DNA from: Naegleria gruberi
Lineage: Eukaryota
Length of the DNA stretch: 18,323 bases
Direction: 5' to 3' (one strand)
Assembly (NCBI GenBank): GCA_000004985.1
Contig: GG738960.1
Made by a program: the position numbers and the translations under genes. Position 1 is the first letter of the stretch, and every line of letters begins with the position of its first letter. Shown one piece after another: positions 10,141 to 18,323 of this stretch. The notes beneath the pieces were generated by a model. The model saw only the letters and a program-made list of their open reading frames with translations. It was not told where the DNA came from and searched no databases.

Positions 10141-10724
10141 TGATATTTCATTTTTTTTATAGTTTTAATTGAGTGTTGTTGTTTGTACTCGTTCTATTTA
10201 AAAGTAATTTCACCAAGTGTTGTGATAGAGGAAAAATTTTAACTGCGACTGCAAAGAGCACTCATTCATAGATTCAATGTGAACATGTGGATATTAGAAT
10301 CGATCTTTGTGAGATGTCAAGTCCAAACCAATAATCTTACCATATATGGAATGTGATAACAATATTTGGAGTGTGAGCTCTTTAATAAAATGCCGAACCG
10401 TTTTGATTTTACATGGTATTAAACTTCTCATTCAGTCAAACGATATCTAGTCAGAGAAACTAACTGCTCAATAAATAAATGACTTTTAATAGTAGGCGCT
10501 GTAGCATGTATTTCAATTATAACACAAGTCAACACATTTCAATGCTAGCTAAACTACAATAGTGTTGAAGAATATCTCTTATAATGTGGTAAAGATGATT
10601 CTGATTTGGTGGTGTTATCAGGATCACCTGATTTGAGACCAGTGTTGTGTTCTTTTTGAAAGTCAACACATTCGATTAAAATTAGTATCATGCACTATTT
10701 CAGGATTCTGTATCACTATCTTTG
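10141..10724. other. second GC-elevated island immediately upstream (5') of the subtilase gene and abutting gap 3; nature unknown (repeat/TE remnant, or unusual UTR/promoter)
   Basis: Composition of about 35-38% GC against about 20% background, with no ORF above 60 aa in any frame. It is adjacent to an N run, which is a typical signature of a repeat-induced assembly break. Confidence 0.4.
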
Positions 10725-11255
10725 NNNNNNNNNNNNNNNNNNNNNNNNNNNNNNNNNNNNNNNNNNNNNNNNNNNNNNNNNNNNNNNNNNNNNNNNNNNN
10801 NNNNNNNNNNNNNNNNNNNNNNNNNNNNNNNNNNNNNNNNNNNNNNNNNNNNNNNNNNNNNNNNNNNNNNNNNNNNNNNNNNNNNNNNNNNNNNNNNNNN
10901 NNNNNNNNNNNNNNNNNNNNNNNNNNNNNNNNNNNNNNNNNNNNNNNNNNNNNNNNNNNNNNNNNNNNNNNNNNNNNNNNNNNNNNNNNNNNNNNNNNNN
11001 NNNNNNNNNNNNNNNNNNNNNNNNNNNNNNNNNNNNNNNNNNNNNNNNNNNNNNNNNNNNNNNNNNNNNNNNNNNNNNNNNNNNNNNNNNNNNNNNNNNN
11101 NNNNNNNNNNNNNNNNNNNNNNNNNNNNNNNNNNNNNNNNNNNNNNNNNNNNNNNNNNNNNNNNNNNNNNNNNNNNNNNNNNNNNNNNNNNNNNNNNNNN
11201 NNNNNNNNNNNNNNNNNNNNNNNNNNNNNNNNNNNNNNNNNNNNNNNNNNNNNNN
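10725..11255. other. assembly gap (N run, ~0.53 kb)
   Basis: Continuous n characters. Confidence 0.99.
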
Positions 11256-12016
11256 AAATAAAAAGTAGTTGTTAAAACATTTGTTGTTTTCTTTTTAAAA
11301 ATTACATTTTCTCTTTTAATTTCCAATGATGATAAATTATTTAATTTTAAATATTCATCAAAATATAAATCACAATATATATCTATATTTGTACCTCTAA
11401 ATAAATTACCAACTCCAAATGGTGTATATATTAATGATACTCCTAATATATTAGTTGTATTTTGTAATAATTTTACACTTGGTTGACCTGTATTACTTAA
11501 TGGTTTACAATATGAACTTTCAATTTGAAATGCAACTGATGATAATTGATCTCCTGAATTACATAATGAAAAATTTGTAACATAATTACATATTTGTAAT
11601 ATATATTCTTCTGAACTTTGTTCATTAATCACTTTATAATATCCATTAGTTGATGATGCATTTGTAACATCTATTATTTGTGTTGAATCTATATTTATAT
11701 AACAAGCTTGTTGTCCTTTTACAATAATATTATTATTATTTAATATTATTGTAAATAATGTTAATGTTGATGAATATTTTAATGAGTGTGGTGATGTTAG
11801 TGATGATGATGTTGATGAATGTAGTGCTAGTGAAGATGATGGAAATGTATTATTAAATAAATCATGTATGATCATCATTGAACAATCAAATGATATTATT
11901 ATAATTATTATTAATATTATTACATGTTTAATATATTCCGATAATGATTGTTTACAATGACTATATTTTAAACGATAATGATGATTCATCATAATTGAAG
12001 ATAACAAGTTTGTCAT
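11256..12016 (-). CDS. hypothetical type-II/signal-anchor membrane protein with Ser/Thr-rich stalk and Cys-containing ectodomain; 3' end truncated by gap 3
   Basis: ATG at 12016-12014 (MTNLLSSIMMNHHYRLKYSHCKQ...) is followed by a strongly hydrophobic segment VIILIIIIIISF. Next comes a Ser/Thr-rich tract (SSSLALHSSTSSSLTSPHSLKYSSTLTL), then about 170 aa of ordinary composition with 7 Cys. The frame stays open into the N run at 11255. No recognisable domain; the product is unknown. Confidence 0.5.
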
Positions 12017-12133
12017 TTTTTTATAAATTATTTGATTCTAATTAAACATTCTATTATTATTATTAATATCTAGATTCTACTTTAAAAGAACAATTCTGAT
12101 TCTAATTTCAAAAATTCCAATGAATTAGATAAT

Positions 12134-13189
12134 TTATTTAACATTTCTATCTTTCCATTTAGATGGTTTTAATTGTAAAGGTCTATTTCCTAAATATTTT
12201 CCATTTAAATTTTCCAAAGCATGAATATAATCATTTGAATCTAAAAAACTGATAAAACCAAATCCCTTAGATCTATTCGTTCTTTTATCTCTAATCACAC
12301 AGGCTTTACTAAAACTTGGATAGGATTGAAAGAAAGTTGTTAACATTTGATCTGTTACTTCATTTCCTAAATTATTAGCATAAATTCTATAATCATTCTC
12401 TGAAAATTCATCCAATCTTGAATCTTCCCAAACTTCACTCTTTCCACTTGCTGTAAAAACTGTTCTCAAATTCTTCTTCTTTTTCTTATTGGAATTTTCA
12501 AGTTCTTGTTGAGCTTGTTCATGTTCTAATAATTCTTGTTGATATTGTTGTTGAATTTGTGATGATTCCTTCTTTCTTTGATAATCCATCATGTATATTT
12601 GTTTTTCAATGGAATTATCATCATTTGATTGATTATTATTATTTGATTGATTGTTATTTAACACTGCATTACTATTAATTATATTATTATTAGCAGATGA
12701 TGATTTAGTGGTAGTACTATTGGGTTTAATACTTGTTACTGGAGTTGAAGTGTTTTTTAAGGATTTTTGTATTTGAGAGGCTACTTGTTTTCCAAGACCA
12801 TTCACTGGAGCTGTAGTATTATGTGGTTTTTGAATTTTAGATAATTGTGGTGGTGGAATAGTAGAGGGTTGACTTTTTGTAGCCTTCGTTATTGTTGTTG
12901 GTGTAGGTGCAGTTTTACTAGGAGTTGATGAAGATGATGATGGTGGTACACTAGTAGAGGATGGTTGAGTTGATGATGGTAGTAGGGATGGAGTTGTGGA
13001 TGTTGGAGGAACACCAGTCTTGTTTAACTTTTGTGCAATATTTTGTTGTAATTTTGCCAACTTGGATTGTAAATCATTAGCATTGGGTATCAGGGCTTTA
13101 TTCACAACTGTTGTTGTTGGTTTACTAGATGGTGTCAATGCCGATGATGATGATGCTATTGATGATGTGGCATTGTTATTTGATGACAT
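12134..13189 (-). CDS. RBM42: RNA-binding protein with C-terminal RRM, orthologue of RBM42 (RNA-binding motif protein 42)
   Basis: Continuous minus ORF, ATG 13189-13187, stop at 12134. The C-terminal 90 aa form an RRM, with RNP-2 YRIYANNL and RNP-1 KGFGFISF. From memory of the human RBM42 C-terminus, the match is close over the whole domain: SEVWEDSRLDEF..DYRIYANNLGNEVTDQMLTTFFQSYPSFSKACVIRDKRTNRSKGFGFISFLDSNDYIHALENLNGKYLGNRPLQLKPSKWKDRN against SSWEDPSLLEW.DDFRIFCGDLGNEVNDDILARAFSRFPSFLKAKVIRDKRTGKTKGYGFVSFKDPSDYVRAMREMNGKYVGSRPIKLRKSMWKDRN. The N-terminal half is low-complexity and S/T/P-rich. Confidence 0.8.
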   Translation of the reverse strand: MSSNNNATSSIASSSSALTPSSKPTTTVVNKALIPNANDLQSKLAKLQQNIAQKLNKTGVPPTSTTPSLLPSSTQPSSTSVPPSSSSSTPSKTAPTPTTITKATKSQPSTIPPPQLSKIQKPHNTTAPVNGLGKQVASQIQKSLKNTSTPVTSIKPNSTTTKSSSANNNIINSNAVLNNNQSNNNNQSNDDNSIEKQIYMMDYQRKKESSQIQQQYQQELLEHEQAQQELENSNKKKKKNLRTVFTASGKSEVWEDSRLDEFSENDYRIYANNLGNEVTDQMLTTFFQSYPSFSKACVIRDKRTNRSKGFGFISFLDSNDYIHALENLNGKYLGNRPLQLKPSKWKDRNVK

Positions 13190-13207
13190 TTTTTAAGATT
13201 AAGAAAA

Positions 13208-14236
13208 ATGACTCAACAAGAAAATACTTCACCTTCAACAACAACTAGCCTTTCCGAAAATGTTTCATCATCAACAACAACAATAACATCATCGGAATGT
13301 TTATCAATTGTAAATAAAAATGTAGTATTAGATAAAACTAATTTAATACAATCATTAATAGAACAACAACAACAACAACAACATGAAGATAAAAACCAAT
13401 CATCATCACTTGCTAATCAATCCAATAATAAGAAGAATATAACAAGAATTAAATCATCAACATCAACATTTATGCAATCAGTTATTAGTATTCGTAATGA
13501 AATACAAAATATAGAATATGAAATACAATCATTTATTTCACATTTATTAAGAGAATCTAATAATAATGATATGAATGAAATATATTATGATGAAATTGAT
13601 AAACAAATATTTGAAAGTAGTAATCATTTAAATTTATTAAAAAGTATTATTGATCAATCTAAATATTCATCTGATCAATATCATCAACAATTACATTATA
13701 AATCAATTATACAATTTTTAAATCATTCACTTAATCATTGTAAACATTTATTATCATTCACTCAAAATCTTAAAGATAGAAAAAAGTTTACAAAAAATAA
13801 TCAATCACATTTATTATTTAATGAAAATGAAAATAATACTTTAGAGGAAGAAGAAATAACTAATGAAAATAGAAATGATTTTATAATACAACAAGAATTA
13901 ATGAAACAATTATCATCATCAACAGATTTACAAGATGCACAAGATACAGAAATAACAGCAATTCAAATCAGTGAATTATTAACAGCCTTTGAATCCAAAG
14001 TAGAAGAACAAGGTGAATTAATGAACATGTTTGAAAATAATATTGAACAAGCAAATGACTGTATGGATCAAGCAAATGAAGAATTGAGAAAATTAAATAA
14101 GAAAGATGATACTAAATTACCATTTCCATATAATATTTTACCAACCTATGTCAGTCACTTTATCAAATATTTTGTTTCTTACTTGTTTGTTATATTGGGT
14201 TTAATCATTTTCATTTATGATAGAATAAAATTGTAA
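13208..14236 (+). CDS. tail-anchored t-SNARE, syntaxin-family (Qa-SNARE) protein
   Basis: Continuous ORF of 342 aa. The C-terminal hydrophobic segment FVSYLFVILGLIIFIY, followed by a few residues, is a tail anchor. It is preceded by a SNARE motif with a zero-layer Gln: ITAIQISELLTAFESKVEEQGELMNMFENNIEQANDCMDQANEELRK. This aligns with the syntaxin-1 H3 region ...[27 protein letters not shown]. There is a poly-Gln run at 13367-13386. The subfamily (for example syntaxin-18/Ufe1-like) cannot be decided from memory. Confidence 0.7.
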   Translation: MTQQENTSPSTTTSLSENVSSSTTTITSSECLSIVNKNVVLDKTNLIQSLIEQQQQQQHEDKNQSSSLANQSNNKKNITRIKSSTSTFMQSVISIRNEIQNIEYEIQSFISHLLRESNNNDMNEIYYDEIDKQIFESSNHLNLLKSIIDQSKYSSDQYHQQLHYKSIIQFLNHSLNHCKHLLSFTQNLKDRKKFTKNNQSHLLFNENENNTLEEEEITNENRNDFIIQQELMKQLSSSTDLQDAQDTEITAIQISELLTAFESKVEEQGELMNMFENNIEQANDCMDQANEELRKLNKKDDTKLPFPYNILPTYVSHFIKYFVSYLFVILGLIIFIYDRIKL

Positions 14237-14474
14237 TTTATTTATCTATTATTATTATACACAATTAGATAAAAGTTGAAAGGTTATCCATAGCTTTGAA
14301 GTGATATAGTATTGATGAAGATATTGATATCTTCTAGAAGTGAGTGAAAATACCTTTCAAAAGTTTTAGTGAAGCAAAGAAATGAATGTTTGAAAAAAAT
14401 TAGCAAAAATAATTTGAACTTGTTTTGCTTTTTAATTTTCAAGGAGAGAGGAAATAATAACATAACAATCGGAA

Positions 14475-15698
14475 ATGGCTAAAAAGAAGAAGAATACTCA
14501 ACAACAACAATCTAATGGAGGAGAACAATCCGAAGCTCCAGTTGCTGCTACTACTACCACTTCTTCTAATCAAGTTGTAGAAGAAACAAAGCAACCAAAT
14601 GCTCCTAAACAACAACCAAAACAGAAAAAGCCAAAACAAAAGCAACCACAACAACAACCTAATAATCAACAACAACCACAAGAGGGAGAAAGTGTTGTTT
14701 CTACTACTACTCCTCAACAATCTGCTCCAAAACAACAACCAAAGCAGAAAAAACCAAAACAACCACCACCACAACCTAAAAAGAAGGCTAAACAACAAAA
14801 TCAACAAGAAGCCTCATCATCATCAGTTGTGGAAAGTGAAAATAAGGAAGTGGAAGGTAATGATAGTAGTACTACTATTACACCACCTCCACCACTTAAT
14901 ACAGAGTCATCAGTAACAACAACAGTATCAGCATCGACAGAACAACCTGCTGCTGCTAAAAAGAAGAAGAAGAAGAAAAAGAAGAAGGCTTCTACTACAA
15001 GTGGTTCAACCACTGAGGAATCTGCAACAATAACAACAGATAATAATAATACTGAAAATGTTTCTCAGCCTTCAACTATTGCTAACACTCCAACACAAGC
15101 ATCAAATACTTCTAAACAAACAAAGTCTGCTAAAAAGCAAAAACAAAAACAACCTCAAAATCAATTATCTAAAAAACAACAACGTCATCAACATCAACAA
15201 CAACAACAAGCAAATTTTCAACAACTTAAACAAAAGTTTGAAAAACCACTTCCAGCCTTTTTTGTTGCATTTGATTTATTAACAAATTTAGAACCAAGTA
15301 AATTACAAAAAGGTTTACAAATATTTATTGATGAAAGTGAAAGAATAATTTTAGAAAATATTGAAAATTTAAATGATGATACTAAATATAATTTAATACA
15401 AGTTTATCAATATCCAACAATACCTCATCCTGTATTTGTTGATAAATTTTCATCAAGTGATTTAACAAGTTCATATTTTTACAAACAATTTAAATATTTA
15501 TATGATAAATCAAATAATGAATTGAAATTCATTCCATTTAAAGATAACAAATGTTATATTTATCAATTATATTATAATGATCAATTCTTTATTATTTTAT
15601 CAAATATATTTAAATATATTTTGAAGAATTACCTAAAAAAGGAAATGAATATGGTGAAAAGATTTCACTTTTATTACAAGTTAAATTATTTACAGTAA
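14475..15698 (+). CDS. large low-complexity protein, N-terminal part (Lys/Gln/Pro-rich, poly-Lys tract, internal ~15-aa duplication); frame 0 reading that ends at a TAA likely created by a frame break
   Basis: ATG 14475, MAKKKKNTQQQQ... The segment APKQQPKQKKPKQ occurs twice (14611-14650 and 14722-14760). (AAG)n at 14958-14987 encodes K11. After about residue 245 the composition becomes ordinary (PLPAFFVAFDLLTNLEPSKLQKGLQIFIDESERIILENIENL...). The product is unknown, and the basic KKKK N-terminus suggests nuclear or nucleolar localisation (inference). Confidence 0.6.
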   Translation: MAKKKKNTQQQQSNGGEQSEAPVAATTTTSSNQVVEETKQPNAPKQQPKQKKPKQKQPQQQPNNQQQPQEGESVVSTTTPQQSAPKQQPKQKKPKQPPPQPKKKAKQQNQQEASSSSVVESENKEVEGNDSSTTITPPPPLNTESSVTTTVSASTEQPAAAKKKKKKKKKKASTTSGSTTEESATITTDNNNTENVSQPSTIANTPTQASNTSKQTKSAKKQKQKQPQNQLSKKQQRHQHQQQQQANFQQLKQKFEKPLPAFFVAFDLLTNLEPSKLQKGLQIFIDESERIILENIENLNDDTKYNLIQVYQYPTIPHPVFVDKFSSSDLTSSYFYKQFKYLYDKSNNELKFIPFKDNKCYIYQLYYNDQFFIILSNIFKYILKNYLKKEMNMVKRFHFYYKLNYLQ

Positions 15699-15801
15699 TT
15701 TTATACATGATGAGATATATTTTACCACAAGATTTTAATAATGAAAAATCACCAATTTTATTAAGAGCAAATCAATTTATTAATTTAGTATTACCATATT
15801 T
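15614..15801 (+). CDS. continuation of the same gene in frame 2 (open from 15614 to gap 4)
   Basis: Frame 2 is open from the TAA at 15611-15613 and reads ...FEELPKKGNEYGEKISLLLQVKLFTVILYMMRYILPQDFNNEKSPILLRANQFINLVLPY into the N run. Joining frame 0 to frame 2 with a 1-nt change in the (TA)n/A-T run at about 15611-15625 gives a seamless protein, ...SNIFKYIFEELPKKGNEY.... No plausible intron is present: the only GT...AG candidate (15654-15695) is 42 nt, too short. Confidence 0.5.
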
Positions 15802-17134
15802 NNNNNNNNNNNNNNNNNNNNNNNNNNNNNNNNNNNNNNNNNNNNNNNNNNNNNNNNNNNNNNNNNNNNNNNNNNNNNNNNNNNNNNNNNNNNNNNNNNN
15901 NNNNNNNNNNNNNNNNNNNNNNNNNNNNNNNNNNNNNNNNNNNNNNNNNNNNNNNNNNNNNNNNNNNNNNNNNNNNNNNNNNNNNNNNNNNNNNNNNNNN
16001 NNNNNNNNNNNNNNNNNNNNNNNNNNNNNNNNNNNNNNNNNNNNNNNNNNNNNNNNNNNNNNNNNNNNNNNNNNNNNNNNNNNNNNNNNNNNNNNNNNNN
16101 NNNNNNNNNNNNNNNNNNNNNNNNNNNNNNNNNNNNNNNNNNNNNNNNNNNNNNNNNNNNNNNNNNNNNNNNNNNNNNNNNNNNNNNNNNNNNNNNNNNN
16201 NNNNNNNNNNNNNNNNNNNNNNNNNNNNNNNNNNNNNNNNNNNNNNNNNNNNNNNNNNNNNNNNNNNNNNNNNNNNNNNNNNNNNNNNNNNNNNNNNNNN
16301 NNNNNNNNNNNNNNNNNNNNNNNNNNNNNNNNNNNNNNNNNNNNNNNNNNNNNNNNNNNNNNNNNNNNNNNNNNNNNNNNNNNNNNNNNNNNNNNNNNNN
16401 NNNNNNNNNNNNNNNNNNNNNNNNNNNNNNNNNNNNNNNNNNNNNNNNNNNNNNNNNNNNNNNNNNNNNNNNNNNNNNNNNNNNNNNNNNNNNNNNNNNN
16501 NNNNNNNNNNNNNNNNNNNNNNNNNNNNNNNNNNNNNNNNNNNNNNNNNNNNNNNNNNNNNNNNNNNNNNNNNNNNNNNNNNNNNNNNNNNNNNNNNNNN
16601 NNNNNNNNNNNNNNNNNNNNNNNNNNNNNNNNNNNNNNNNNNNNNNNNNNNNNNNNNNNNNNNNNNNNNNNNNNNNNNNNNNNNNNNNNNNNNNNNNNNN
16701 NNNNNNNNNNNNNNNNNNNNNNNNNNNNNNNNNNNNNNNNNNNNNNNNNNNNNNNNNNNNNNNNNNNNNNNNNNNNNNNNNNNNNNNNNNNNNNNNNNNN
16801 NNNNNNNNNNNNNNNNNNNNNNNNNNNNNNNNNNNNNNNNNNNNNNNNNNNNNNNNNNNNNNNNNNNNNNNNNNNNNNNNNNNNNNNNNNNNNNNNNNNN
16901 NNNNNNNNNNNNNNNNNNNNNNNNNNNNNNNNNNNNNNNNNNNNNNNNNNNNNNNNNNNNNNNNNNNNNNNNNNNNNNNNNNNNNNNNNNNNNNNNNNNN
17001 NNNNNNNNNNNNNNNNNNNNNNNNNNNNNNNNNNNNNNNNNNNNNNNNNNNNNNNNNNNNNNNNNNNNNNNNNNNNNNNNNNNNNNNNNNNNNNNNNNNN
17101 NNNNNNNNNNNNNNNNNNNNNNNNNNNNNNNNNN
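15802..17134. other. assembly gap (N run, ~1.33 kb)
   Basis: Continuous n characters. Confidence 0.99.
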
Positions 17135-18312
17135 CTAATAATATAATTGATATAACATTAATTAAACAATTTGAAAAGGAATTAATTTTAGAATTTAGAA
17201 AGAGATTTCCAATTCAACCATCTTTATTTATTAAAGATATTTGTTTAAATAGAATTATTAATTGTTCAAATGTAACACCTTCATCTTTATTATTAGATAA
17301 TATTATTAACATGTTTAAATATTATATTAAATATTATCCTGATCAAACAGGTAATAATAATATTGGTGTTTTACTTCCAATGATTTCACAAATTATTATT
17401 AAATATACTAAATCTAATTCATCTAATCAAATGAATGATGATGATAATTATCATGTTGATTTAGTTTCTAATTATATTGATTTATTATCTGAAATGAATT
17501 TATCATTTTATCATGATATATTACCTAATTTAGTCATTTCAACAAATTCAGGTAATATATTAATAGATATGATATTAGGTATTGATTATTTAGCTATATG
17601 TGAAGGTACAATACATTCAACTAATTATATTAAAAAAGCTAATTTATTTACAAACATTTTTACAAAAGATAAAGAATCAAGTGATGTAATGATGTTTATT
17701 AACAAGTATGATTGTATGCATTGGTTTATGATGACTTTCTTTAATGATAAATCTAGTTTACAATTAGTTAATTTTATTATTAAATATATTACTGATAATA
17801 CTACTTTACATTTAAACAAGTATCAAGAATTTATTAAATTTAATAATCAACACAATAATCAACAGAATATATTTACTAATTTCATGTTATATTGTATTGA
17901 TCATTTAAATAACAATAGTGGTAATAGTAATAATAATAATAATATTGATGGATATAATTATTTATATAGAGTATTTGTATATAAATTTATTCATTCACCA
18001 TTAATTCATGATAAAAAGAATGATTTAATTAAAATATTTAAAAATACAAATAATCAATTATATACTAAATTAATTACATTTTTAAATATGAATGAATTGA
18101 AATTATCTAATAATAATAATAATAATAATAATCAACAACAACAACAACAACAAGATAATGATGAATATTATTATGATAATATTATAAATATAAATTTAAA
18201 TGATAAACAAATTCCATATTCAATTTTATTTTATTTAATGAATTTTAATCAAGAAGAAGAAATTTGTTTAAAATTAAAAGAATCAATTAAACAATTTGAT
18301 ATAATTCATTAA
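17135..18312 (+). CDS. C-terminal part of the large gene resuming after gap 4 (frame 1 open from the first post-gap base; track Met at 17311 is internal)
   Basis: Frame 1 reads NNIIDITLIKQFEKELILEFRKRFPIQPSLFIKDICLNRIINCSNVTPSSLLLDNIINMFKYY... with no stop from 17135 to TAA at 18310-18312. It has Asn- and Gln-runs (18110-18152). No recognisable domain. Same strand as, and contiguous with, the 14475.. gene. Confidence 0.6.
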
Positions 18313-18323
18313 ATGCATTTGAA

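Noticed and set aside
12996-13196. 66-aa + ORF antisense to the RBM42 N-terminus
   Set aside because: Overlaps a well-supported minus-strand CDS. Antisense artefact.
14312-14317. TGATGA (box C-like) motif in the intergenic spacer, as a possible box C/D snoRNA
   Set aside because: There is no downstream CTGA D-box or terminal complementary stem within 60-120 nt on either strand.
14439-15013. Minus-strand ORFs 14439..14807 (W/L/F-rich) and 14801..15013, plus the alternate-frame + ORF 14599..14916
   Set aside because: They are antisense or out-of-frame shadows of the low-complexity K/Q/P-rich coding repeat of the 14475 gene. The composition is absurd for a real protein (WWWLFWFF, F9).
15654-15695. 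Possible mini-intron GTGAAAAG...TTTACAG that would join frame 0 to frame 2
   Set aside because: It is 42 nt, well below the roughly 60-70 nt minimum of dictyostelid introns, and the donor is not GTAAGT/GTATGT-like. A 1-nt frameshift is the simpler explanation.
17625-17819. 64-aa minus ORF inside the large + gene
   Set aside because: Antisense to a continuous 390-aa + ORF. Chance ORF in AT-rich coding DNA.
1-18323. Prokaryotic-style systems (CRISPR arrays, toxin-antitoxin, restriction-modification or defence islands, operons)
   Set aside because: The sequence is clearly eukaryotic and dictyostelid-like, with spliced genes, poly-N/Q proteins, and EAF, RBM42 and syntaxin orthologues. No direct-repeat or spacer arrays or bacterial gene organisation are present.

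Overview
This 18.3 kb window looks like nuclear DNA from a dictyostelid social amoeba, probably a Dictyostelium-like draft assembly. The evidence: it is roughly 75-80% AT, poly-Asn/Gln/Thr coding tracts are frequent, there are short AT-rich introns bounded by GTAAGT/GTATGT...AG, and four scaffold gaps of N are present. It is eukaryotic, so no CRISPR or prokaryotic operons or defence systems are present or expected.

Genes, left to right:
- (+) an ELL-associated-factor (EAF) family gene with a very Asn-rich tail, 3' end lost in gap 1.
- (+) a leucine-rich-repeat protein whose 5' end lies in gap 1.
- (+) an anomalously GC-rich island (4974-6460) abutting gap 2 that carries a decayed subtilisin-like protease pseudogene. 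It has a degenerate Asp region, NGQGTHCCGIIAG in place of the His motif, an LGSW Ser-box remnant, and is spread over three frames.
- (-) an intact three-exon subtilisin-like serine protease gene of about 1070 aa, convergent with that pseudogene. Its D, H, N and S catalytic motifs are all present, the junctions are phase-consistent, and no in-frame ATG can be found.
- (-) a 3'-truncated putative signal-anchor membrane protein running into gap 3.
- (-) an RBM42-like RRM protein.
- (+) a tail-anchored syntaxin-like Qa-SNARE whose start codon lies only 18 bp from the RBM42 start (divergent pair).
- (+) a large low-complexity, K/Q/P-rich protein gene (14475-18312) interrupted by gap 4 and carrying an internal frame break near 15611-15700.

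Points worth a second look: the GC-rich subtilase pseudogene tail-to-tail with its intact paralogue, a second GC-rich island next to gap 3, the unresolved subtilase start codon, and the frame break in the large gene. Nothing here looks like a self-contained novel 'system'.
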